A stretch of DNA of 64,000 bases. It comes from an uncultured Bacillota bacterium (GTDB taxonomy: Bacteria > Bacillota_I > Bacilli_A > RFN20 > CAG-288). Made by a program: the position numbers and the translations under genes. Of this stretch, positions 10,329 to 18,482 are shown one piece after another. Each line of letters starts with the position of its first letter. Position 1 is the stretch's first letter. Location: contig CASFYT010000017.1 in NCBI GenBank assembly GCA_949299015.1, positions 436 through 64,435 on the forward strand. The letters are read 5' to 3'. A model generated the notes under the pieces. That model saw nothing but the letters and a program-made list of their open reading frames with translations. It searched no databases and was not told the DNA's origin.

Positions 10329-10745
10329 ATGGACATCGACCGCCTCTACTGGATGACAGGCAAGTGCCTGGACTACTGCCAGCGCATCGAACATGACGTC
10401 TACCTCCTGCTTTCCCTCCTCTCCCTGCGAAACGGGATGTTGCTTCCCGAGGAGAGAAGGACACTTGGCCAGGACATCCGTCTTTTGCAGGAGGCGGACG
10501 TCTCGCACTTCCTGAGCGACCGCGACTATGGCCTGCTGAGGTCTTTGCGCAACCGTCGTAACCATCTCGTCCACGAGCTCTACGCTTCGTTTCGCTATGC
10601 GGAGGATGCGGAAGTCGAAGGAAGGCTTTCCGCATCCTTTTCCTTTGCCGAAGAATTCCTCGCGGACCTTTCCCTCCTCTGGAAGGCCGTCGAGGATGCC
10701 CGAATCCAGGCCTACGAAGCGATGGTCGAGGAGAAAAAGGAATGA
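10329..10745 (+). CDS. Hypothetical helical protein with HEPN-like R-x4-H motif
   Basis: G..CQRIEHD...TLGQ..RLL...LRNRRNHLVH; host-like codon usage; overlaps mutY. Confidence 0.6.
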   Translation: MDIDRLYWMTGKCLDYCQRIEHDVYLLLSLLSLRNGMLLPEERRTLGQDIRLLQEADVSHFLSDRDYGLLRSLRNRRNHLVHELYASFRYAEDAEVEGRLSASFSFAEEFLADLSLLWKAVEDARIQAYEAMVEEKKE

Positions 10746-11767
10746 TGGAAAGCTTTGCCCGACTCCTCCTTGCCTGGTACCGCGAACACGGACGGTCCCT
10801 TCCCTGGAGGAAGGAGAATCCATCCTTCTACGAGGTGCTGGTGAGCGAGACGATGCTCCAGCAGACGCGGGTCGACAAGGTCCTTTCCTACTACGCGCGT
10901 TTCCTCCAGCGCTTTCCGACGCTCCAGGCCCTCGCCTCGTCCTCGGAGGAGGACGTCCTTCGGCTCTGGGAGGGACTGGGGTACTATTCCCGCGCCCGGA
11001 ACCTGCGCCGGGCCGCCCTCGCCCTCGCGCCGATGGATCCTCTTCCTTCCACGCTGGAGGAACTGATGGCTTTGCCCGGAATCGGGGAGTACACGGCCAA
11101 GGCGCTTCTCTCCATCCACTACCACCGTCCGGCCTTCGCCGTCGACGGAAACCTGCTTCGCGTCCATGGCAGGCTGCAGATGTCCGACGCTCCCCTTTCT
11201 CTCCGCCGGAAGGAGGCGGAGTCCTTCTTCCAGGAAAGGCTGGGAAAAGTTGACCCCAGCGACGCCAACCAGGCACTGATGGACCTCGGGGAGCTCGTCT
11301 GCCTTCCCCACGGGAAGCCACTCTGCTCCCTCTGTCCCCTTTCCCCGTTCTGCAGGGCCCACCGGGAGGGAAGGGAGAGGGACTACCCTCCGCGCCAGGA
11401 GAAGAAAGCGCCCCGCCTTGTCTTCCTGACGGTCTTCCTTCTCGTCCATGACGGGAAGGTCGCACTCCGGAAGAGGGACGGAAAGGGACTCCTGTCCGCG
11501 CTCTACGAGTTCCCCAACGTCGAGGGAAGGGCCGAGGACGAAAAGACCCTCGCTCGGATATTTCGCGAGTGGGGCCTCGACGTGGAGCAGGTGGAGCTTC
11601 TTCCTTCCAGCCGCCACCGCTTCTCCCACCTGGTCTGGGAGATGACCAACGTCCGCGTCGTCCTGCGGTCGCTGCCGCAGGATCCCAGCCTCCTCTTCGT
11701 GGAGCGGGAAAGGATCGCGGACTATCCGATTCCATCGGCCTTTTGCGAGATTCGGCGGCATCGATAA
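10742..11767 (+). CDS. mutY: A/G-specific adenine DNA glycosylase MutY
   Basis: RSLPWR, VSETMLQQTRV, WEGLGYYSRARNL, LPGIGEYTA, VDGNLLRV, Fe-S motif CLPHGKPLCSLCPLSPFC, Nudix-like C-terminus. Confidence 0.95.
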   Translation: MMESFARLLLAWYREHGRSLPWRKENPSFYEVLVSETMLQQTRVDKVLSYYARFLQRFPTLQALASSSEEDVLRLWEGLGYYSRARNLRRAALALAPMDPLPSTLEELMALPGIGEYTAKALLSIHYHRPAFAVDGNLLRVHGRLQMSDAPLSLRRKEAESFFQERLGKVDPSDANQALMDLGELVCLPHGKPLCSLCPLSPFCRAHREGRERDYPPRQEKKAPRLVFLTVFLLVHDGKVALRKRDGKGLLSALYEFPNVEGRAEDEKTLARIFREWGLDVEQVELLPSSRHRFSHLVWEMTNVRVVLRSLPQDPSLLFVERERIADYPIPSAFCEIRRHR

Positions 11768-11795
11768 CGAAAAAGGGGCTTTCGCCCCTTTTCGT
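11767..11795. terminator. Bidirectional intrinsic terminator
   Basis: ACGAAAAAGGGGC-TTTC-GCCCCTTTTCGT right after the mutY stop. Confidence 0.8.
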
Positions 11796-11904
11796 GTTCC
11801 CGGAAGATTATCGACGTCCCAGGGAGATTCCTGTCGTCGACGACGAAGACAGGATACGATAAATGTTAGCTATAGTCAACAAAAATCTGTGATAAACTCG
11901 GATC

Positions 11905-12492
11905 ATGGAAGAAAAGATCTGCCCCTGGGCCCTGAAGGACCCCGACAGCCGAAAGTATCATGACGAACGCTGGTGCCGCCTCGTCCTGGAGGACCGGGAA
12001 CTCTTCGCCCTCTTGGAGCTGGAGAGCTTTTCCGTGGGCCTCTCCTGGCGCCTGATCCTGAAGAAGGAGGCGCTCCTTCGCGCCGCCTTCGACTCCTTCG
12101 ATCCCGTCCTTTGTGCCCAATACGGTCCCGAGAAGGTCGAGAAGCTCCTCGCCTTGCCGGGGATGATCCATAGCCGGGGGAAGGTCGAGTCCGTGATCAA
12201 GAACGCGAAGGCCTTCCTCGCCGTCCAGGAGGAATGCGGGACGTTCCTTTCCTATCTCCGTTCCTTTGCAAAGGGAGATAGGATCGACCATCGGCTTTCC
12301 CGCGAAGAGGACAGGCCTACGGTCGATTCTCTCTCGAGGGCGCTGGCGAAGGACATGAAGAAGAGGCACTTTTCCTATCTCGGACCGGTCATCCTCTATT
12401 CCTACCTGCAGGCCGTCGGGATCGTCGACGACCACCTCGTCACCTGTCCCTTCCACGACAAGTCGGAGTTCGAAGGAAGCGGAAGGGACTGA
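11905..12492 (+). CDS. tag: DNA-3-methyladenine glycosylase I
   Basis: CPWA, YHDERW, LFALLELESFSVGLSW, YSYLQAVGIVDDHLVTC; extended -10 TGATAAACT 6 nt before ATG. Confidence 0.93.
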   Translation: MEEKICPWALKDPDSRKYHDERWCRLVLEDRELFALLELESFSVGLSWRLILKKEALLRAAFDSFDPVLCAQYGPEKVEKLLALPGMIHSRGKVESVIKNAKAFLAVQEECGTFLSYLRSFAKGDRIDHRLSREEDRPTVDSLSRALAKDMKKRHFSYLGPVILYSYLQAVGIVDDHLVTCPFHDKSEFEGSGRD

Positions 12493-12526
12493 AGGGGGGA
12501 CGGCCGACGCCCTCGCTCCGCCTCCG

Positions 12527-15500
12527 CTAGGGACCGACGGTCAGCTCGACGTCCTTGTCCCCGAAAAGGACGTGGCGGATCTCGTCAAGGCGGAGAGGTC
12601 CTTCCTCTCCGACGATGCGGACGCCCTTCCGGAAATCAATTCGTTCCAGGCGGTGCATGCGGCGGAAGGAATCCGGATGGACGAGGACCTCCTCGAGGAA
12701 GGTGAGGCTGCGGATCTTGTTGGCGTTCCAGAAGGCGCGCGGGCCGACGGTGCGGACGGCAAAGGCGTTGTCGCCCTCGTCGGAGGAGAGACCCTGGCAG
12801 CGGATGCTCTCGAGCCGGAAGCAGTCCTCGAAGCAGCTCTCCTCGAGCGTCTCGACGGCGGGAAGGGTGACCTTGGCGAGGCTGCGGCACTTCTCGAACA
12901 TGTGGGCGGGCGCCGAGGAAAAGCGGGCGTCGCGGAAATGGACCTGCTTGAGCCTTCCGCAGCGCTCGAAGAGCCAATCGCCGACCTGTTCGATCCCGGT
13001 AAGTTCGAAGGATTTCAGGTTGGGCATCGTCTCGAAGAGGTAGGCGTGGATCTCCGTGACGCTTCCGCCGGCGGCGAAGGTCTTGTCCGTGACCTGCACG
13101 ATTCCGTCCTTGTGGAAGAGATGGTCGAGGCGATAGGTCCCGTCCTGACGACGGACGAGGATGGCGCAGTTGCACTTCTCCTCGTCCTGCTTGATCCGGA
13201 AGTGCGGATCGGCGAGGATTTCCCTTCCTTCCTCCCGGCCCTCGAAGGCCCACTGGGAGCAGAGGACTTGTCCTTCCGGACGGAAGCGGAAGGCGAAGGG
13301 GGAGGAGGGATCCTCCTTTTCCTCGAGGAGGGCGAAGGCAAAGTAGTCGATCTGCTCGACGCTGGGCGGAAGCGTCAGCTGCAGGCCCGGAATGTCGCTG
13401 AAGGCGAGGCGGGCGATGTGCCGAAGGGAGGAGAAGGAGGAGAGGTCCATCTTCCGGAGGGAACGCATTCCGGAGAAGAAGAAGGGAAGGATTTCCGTCA
13501 TCTCCGGGGAGAGGTGCAGGTCGTCGAGGCTTGTGACGCTCTTGCAGCGGAGGAACATGCCTTCGGAGAATTCGCCGTGGACCTTTCCGTCGGGATCGCG
13601 GACGTCGATGCGCTGGAGGCTGGCGTCGCTCTCGAAGAGGAAGGGACCGATCTTCAGCGGGTGGCTGGTGGGCAGGGTGACGTGCGTCAGCAGGAAGTTG
13701 TCCTCGAAGACGCTCTCGCCGAGGATGACGACGGACTCCGGGACGTTGATCTCCTCGAGACGGTTGAGGTCGTAGAAGGCGAACTCCTGGATCTCCACAA
13801 GGCCCTCGAAGAGCTGGACGTTCCTCAGCGCGTCGAGCTTGGAGAAGAGCTCGGCCGGAACGGTGGTCGGATTCCTCTTCCCGGGGTGGACTTCCAGGGT
13901 CCTCAGGTTCATGAAGCTCTCCATGTCCTGGCGGGGGATGTCCGTGTCGACGACAAGGGAGAGGACCTTCGCCCTCCTCTCTCTTTCGAGCGAGGGCGAG
14001 AAGGACGTGAAGGCGAGGCTTTCGTCTTCCCCGCAGGGATAGTCATAGGCGGTCGAAGACGAAGGGACTTCCTTATTGGCGATGAAGTTGGTCAAATCGA
14101 AGATATCGGAGAAGCCAATCATCTTTTTGAGTTCGCTAGGAGAAAGAGAGAGAGGTTCTTCGCTCAGGATGGAAAGGTTGAGGAGGTCGCGGTACGTCCT
14201 CTCTCCGCGTGAGAAGAGCTCGAGGAGATGCGGAATTTGCCAAGGGGCAAAGCGGGGAGTCCGGCCGTCGCTGGAAAGGCCACGGTGGAGGATGCGGAGG
14301 TTTTCTTCCAGGGAACGGTCCTTGTTCCAGCGGTTGTTGACCAAGGCGTCCCGAAGCGCAGAGAGGGGAAGCCGGAGGTCTTCCAGCAAGACTTCGTCCT
14401 TTCTATCGGAAAGGATTCTCTCCATGGAATGGAGGATCAATGACGGATCCTCCGTGAGGGAGGAAAGCCGATAGAAGAAGTCGTAGTCGAAGGCGGATTT
14501 CTCCTCTAAGGAGAATTCGATCGCCCGGCGGTGGAGGAAGGCGATGAGCTCCCTTCCGGAATAGGTCAGGGTGAGGCTTTCCCCCTTCTCGTCCTCGACG
14601 ATGCGGGTGCAGTCGGTGTTGCGGGCGAGCTCCTCCAGGAAGAACAGGAGGACGTCCTTCAGGAGCGACGGATCGCGCTGGGCGAAGGAGCGGAGCAGGA
14701 GGTCGAGGCTTGTCCCATCCTCGTCTCCCCGGTTCCCGTTGCGGTTCTCCTCCCAGTCGAAGAGGAGGATGAAGCGCTTGAGCAGGGTGGGGACCTTCTC
14801 CCCGCGAAGGGTCTTCTCGTTGAAGAGCAGGGAAAGCAGGTTCCGGTATTCCTCCTTGGCCAGGTTCGCCTTCGTCAGGGTATTGTAGAGGTAGGCGGCA
14901 GCGAAGAACTCGGTGAAGATCTCGTGGTAGAAGCGCCCCTGGCTGTCGAGCAGGTATTTTTCGTCCTTGAAGTAGCGAAGGCGGTCGTAGAACTGGGAGG
15001 AGAGGCCCTGGTTGAGATAGGAGGTCAGGTCGAGCCAGTCGATCCTCTCTCCGCTCTCCCGGGTCAGGACGGCGTAGAATCCGAGGACTTCCAGGAAGCA
15101 GACGTCCCTTTCCAGGAGAAGGTTGAAGCGCTTGGGGCAGGTCCTTCCGAGGAACGTGTAGAAGATCGCGTCGGAGATGAGCTCCATGATCTTGAGGCTT
15201 TCCGTCTCCTCCTTCCTCTCGAGGAAGGAGGGGTTGGTCATCGTGCTGGCGAAGAAGGGGTTGACGTTTCCGTAGAAGGCCTGGAGGACGTCGAGCTTGC
15301 GCTCGATCTCCTGGATCTTCCGGTCGCATTCCCCTTCGTCGAGAATCCTCTCGGTGAGGATGGAGGAGCGGACCTTCCTGAGGAACGCCTGGCATTCGCC
15401 CTCGTCGAACTCATGGATGTCGAACAGGACGACGGGGATGCGGGAATCCGCCTTCTTCTCCTCCGCCCGCATTCTCCCGGCCGCGGAGAGGGCGTCCTTC

Positions 15501-17074
15501 AGGAGGAAATGGTCCTTGTCGGTCTTGATGAACTCGACGGCGTTCTGGCGGGAGGTGATGGCCACGTAGCTCTCCCCCTCCCTCCGGGGCTGCTTCTTGA
15601 GGAACTTCCGGATCGAGAGCAGGAGCGGAAGGCTGTCCATGCTGTTCTCGTCGACGGCGTCGAAGAGGAAGAAGGGAGTATACCCTTCCTGGAGCAGGTG
15701 GCCGAAGAAGTCGGAAGCGCAAAAGGACGTCTTCGACCCGAGGAGCTCGAGTTCCTTGCGGCACTCGCCGTCCGTCGTGTCCTCGGGACGAAGCTCGAGG
15801 AAGGCGGAGAAGTTCGACTCAAGGACGTCGTGCCGCCTTGTTCCCGTGTCGTCCTCGAGATTGTTGAGGTCGATGAAGATGGGGAAGGCCTTTGGCAGGG
15901 TCAGATCCTTCTTCTCCGTCGGATGGAGAAGGGCCTTCCGCAGATAGCAGAAGAGGGAGAGGAGGAGGGTCGACTTTCCGGCCCCGGCGGGCCCGACGAA
16001 GAGATGGAAGTCCCCCTTGGAGAAGGCGTTGAGAAGCGCGCCGGTCTCCTGGTAGAGGTCGATGGTCTGGTTGTCGATGCAACGGCTGACTTCCTTCTCG
16101 ATGTATTCGTCCTCGAAGTTCTCCAGGAGGTCTCGGTCCTCGGTTCGGAACTTCATGAGGTGGATCTTTCCCTGGGGAAGGATCTTCTTGACGCGGGACT
16201 CCTCGTAGTAGGCCCGAAGGAGGACGTCCGTCAACTCCCGCCTCGTCAGACGGGAAAGGGCGCCCTTGGGGCGCTGGCAGGCCTGCCAGAGGGAATCGAA
16301 GCATTGGACGGAGCGGGAAGGCGAATGCCTCCCTGGCCGTTTCTTCTTCGCGTCGGATCCTCCCTCATCCGTCCTTGTCCTTTGTTCTTCGTCCTGGCGG
16401 TTCGACCGGAGGTCATAGAAGAGGACAGGGCCCTTTCCGCAGCGGAGATAGGCCTTGAGGCGATGGGAGGCAAGAAGGCGCTGATAGAACGTTCCGCCGT
16501 TGACCAGGACCGAGAGGGCTCCCTCCGGCTTCTTGACCTTCTCCTTGGCGACGATGAGATAGATGGTATTGAAGTTCTTCTTCCCGTCGTCGGCCTCGGC
16601 CATCCGCTCCTTTTCCAAGAGCAGGACGTGGACTTCCGGCATGGTCTTCAGGATCGAACGCACCAGGAAGCAGTGGAAGAGAAGGTATCCCAGTCCCAGG
16701 AGGACGTAGAGCAGGAAGAGGAAGACGATGGAGACGATGAGGTGTTCGCTGTCCAGCCCGAAGAGGACGGAGAGGGTATCCAGGGGGACGAGGCCGAAGC
16801 TGTTGAAGAAGTCCTCGAAGATGCTGACGGAGGTGTCGAAGCTGCTTTGGTCGTGAATGCCGATCACCAGCAGGATGACGGTCATGAGCAGGAAGGGAAT
16901 GAAGCCCAGCATGAGCTTGGAGACGACGGAACGAAGCTTCACGAGCCTTTCGGGCTTCTCTAAGTTCCCTCGCTTCTCCATGACGAAGATCGTGACAAAG
17001 GCCGTGACGCCGAACGCGAAAAGAAGCGCGGAGACGATTGAGAGAAAGAACGTAAAGCTCGTGATGTTTTCCAT
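12527..17074 (-). CDS. Transmembrane-NACHT(STAND NTPase)-LRR protein, NLR-like architecture, 1515 aa
   Basis: About 3 N-terminal TM helices; Walker A GPAGAGKS (aa ~361), PIFIDL, Walker B FLFDAVDE, ITSR, NPFF, winged-helix FYHEIFTEFFAA; about 14 BspA/TpLRR repeats from aa ~1070. Confidence 0.85.
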   Translation of the reverse strand: MENITSFTFFLSIVSALLFAFGVTAFVTIFVMEKRGNLEKPERLVKLRSVVSKLMLGFIPFLLMTVILLVIGIHDQSSFDTSVSIFEDFFNSFGLVPLDTLSVLFGLDSEHLIVSIVFLFLLYVLLGLGYLLFHCFLVRSILKTMPEVHVLLLEKERMAEADDGKKNFNTIYLIVAKEKVKKPEGALSVLVNGGTFYQRLLASHRLKAYLRCGKGPVLFYDLRSNRQDEEQRTRTDEGGSDAKKKRPGRHSPSRSVQCFDSLWQACQRPKGALSRLTRRELTDVLLRAYYEESRVKKILPQGKIHLMKFRTEDRDLLENFEDEYIEKEVSRCIDNQTIDLYQETGALLNAFSKGDFHLFVGPAGAGKSTLLLSLFCYLRKALLHPTEKKDLTLPKAFPIFIDLNNLEDDTGTRRHDVLESNFSAFLELRPEDTTDGECRKELELLGSKTSFCASDFFGHLLQEGYTPFFLFDAVDENSMDSLPLLLSIRKFLKKQPRREGESYVAITSRQNAVEFIKTDKDHFLLKDALSAAGRMRAEEKKADSRIPVVLFDIHEFDEGECQAFLRKVRSSILTERILDEGECDRKIQEIERKLDVLQAFYGNVNPFFASTMTNPSFLERKEETESLKIMELISDAIFYTFLGRTCPKRFNLLLERDVCFLEVLGFYAVLTRESGERIDWLDLTSYLNQGLSSQFYDRLRYFKDEKYLLDSQGRFYHEIFTEFFAAAYLYNTLTKANLAKEEYRNLLSLLFNEKTLRGEKVPTLLKRFILLFDWEENRNGNRGDEDGTSLDLLLRSFAQRDPSLLKDVLLFFLEELARNTDCTRIVEDEKGESLTLTYSGRELIAFLHRRAIEFSLEEKSAFDYDFFYRLSSLTEDPSLILHSMERILSDRKDEVLLEDLRLPLSALRDALVNNRWNKDRSLEENLRILHRGLSSDGRTPRFAPWQIPHLLELFSRGERTYRDLLNLSILSEEPLSLSPSELKKMIGFSDIFDLTNFIANKEVPSSSTAYDYPCGEDESLAFTSFSPSLERERRAKVLSLVVDTDIPRQDMESFMNLRTLEVHPGKRNPTTVPAELFSKLDALRNVQLFEGLVEIQEFAFYDLNRLEEINVPESVVILGESVFEDNFLLTHVTLPTSHPLKIGPFLFESDASLQRIDVRDPDGKVHGEFSEGMFLRCKSVTSLDDLHLSPEMTEILPFFFSGMRSLRKMDLSSFSSLRHIARLAFSDIPGLQLTLPPSVEQIDYFAFALLEEKEDPSSPFAFRFRPEGQVLCSQWAFEGREEGREILADPHFRIKQDEEKCNCAILVRRQDGTYRLDHLFHKDGIVQVTDKTFAAGGSVTEIHAYLFETMPNLKSFELTGIEQVGDWLFERCGRLKQVHFRDARFSSAPAHMFEKCRSLAKVTLPAVETLEESCFEDCFRLESIRCQGLSSDEGDNAFAVRTVGPRAFWNANKIRSLTFLEEVLVHPDSFRRMHRLERIDFRKGVRIVGEEGPLRLDEIRHVLFGDKDVELTVGP

Positions 17075-17165
17075 AGTTCCAATTTACCACACGCGCTGCA
17101 GACGAAAAAGAAGAAAGTCCCTCCGAGGACGATCCCAGTCCTTCGGGCGGAAGGTCGCCGAGGAA

Positions 17166-18164
17166 TCAGCCTTTCGTGACGGGAGAGAGGGTCTGAAGGA
17201 CGACATCCTCCTCCCTCCGGAGCGGGCTTCCTCTCAATTCTTGACCATCCAGCGAGCTGTCCTCCATCTGGACCATGGTTAGCGACGCGTTGGCCTCGGT
17301 CTTGTAGCAATAGGTCCTCCGGTCGAGATTCATGCAGGAGGAATAGATCGTGGTCTCGAAGCTTCCGTCCGGATTGTGGACGGAGCCTTTCGGGAAGGAA
17401 ACGCTGTCTAGGATGCGGAAGAACGCCCTCCGCGCTTCCGCATCCGATTCCTCGTCGAAGACAGCGTGATGGACCAGGTAGAAGGCCTTGACGAAGCGCG
17501 ACGGACTCGTGTAGTCCCCCGGAAGGAACATCGAGCCGAAGCCGACGGAAAAGGGCTTCAGGTCGATTCCCTCGGCAATCCTTCCTTCGCCTTCCTGGTT
17601 GGAAAGCATCCGATAGCGCTTGATGTTTTCTCTGTGGAAGGGGAAGGAAGGATTGTTCGTGAGGACATCGTAAGGATCGTCATAGACGCGTAAGCCATCC
17701 GAATTCGATTCCAAGACGATGCTTCTTTCCTTGTCCGCGATGATCCAGTGGAGGGGAGCGAGAGGAATCTGCGGAGCAAAGGGGACGTCGACAAGGTTGA
17801 GATGCTCCAGGAAGGGTCTTGCCTCATCGACGCTGGAGAACTTCGTAAGGAGATACGGAATCAGTTCAAAGGGGGAGACGTTGCTCCTTCCTTCGACTCT
17901 TTCGAAGTAGCGGGCATTGCCGGGATAGTTAAGCCCCGCCATCGCAAGGCCCCTTTCGTTGAATGCGTCGGCATAGAGGGGATAGCCTTTGGCAATCGTT
18001 GCCATTCCAAGGATGGCATAGTGGGAGTCCGACCTCTCCCCATCCGTAAAGGAGAAAGGATAGTTCCTTGGCGTCAGGACGACCTGCTCGCCAAAGGAAG
18101 CGTTCAGGTCCAGGTTTCTTCCAAAATAGGTGTTCTGGCCTTTCAGTCGAATCGCAGTGCACAT
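17166..18164 (-). CDS. bsh: Choloylglycine hydrolase (bile salt hydrolase / penicillin V acylase family)
   Basis: N-terminal nucleophile M-CTAI, YFGRNLD, NERGL, LTNNP, PGDYTSPSRF; RBS AAAGGAG before ATG 18164. Confidence 0.88.
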   Translation of the reverse strand: MCTAIRLKGQNTYFGRNLDLNASFGEQVVLTPRNYPFSFTDGERSDSHYAILGMATIAKGYPLYADAFNERGLAMAGLNYPGNARYFERVEGRSNVSPFELIPYLLTKFSSVDEARPFLEHLNLVDVPFAPQIPLAPLHWIIADKERSIVLESNSDGLRVYDDPYDVLTNNPSFPFHRENIKRYRMLSNQEGEGRIAEGIDLKPFSVGFGSMFLPGDYTSPSRFVKAFYLVHHAVFDEESDAEARRAFFRILDSVSFPKGSVHNPDGSFETTIYSSCMNLDRRTYCYKTEANASLTMVQMEDSSLDGQELRGSPLRREEDVVLQTLSPVTKG

Positions 18165-18379
18165 GCTTGTCTCCTTTCGGGAATCTGGCCCTATCATACC
18201 ACAGGCCCGGGTTCCACGTCTCTGAAGGAATCAATCCCAATACGACACAAGAGGGACACTGTCCTTGTGGCGTCAAGACTCGCAAGGCAGACTCTTCCTC
18301 GGGCTGTGTCCTTCTTTGACCGGTCACATCGCCTCCTTCGCCTCGACTGGGAGGGACCATGGATGCGTTGGAGAAGGTC

Positions 18380-18405
18380 TTGAATTAAATCGGGGGGGGT
18401 ATAAT
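18380..18405 (+). promoter_or_regulatory. sigma70-like promoter with a G8 tract in a short (14-nt) spacer
   Basis: TTGAAT 18380-18385, TAAATC-G8, TATAAT 18400-18405; upstream of the large lipoprotein gene. Confidence 0.5.
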
Positions 18406-18482
18406 TAATGTCAAGATTTGCATTTTGGCCGAACGCCACATTCGAAGGCGGCAATGACCCGTCTTCAAGAAAAGGAGAAACG

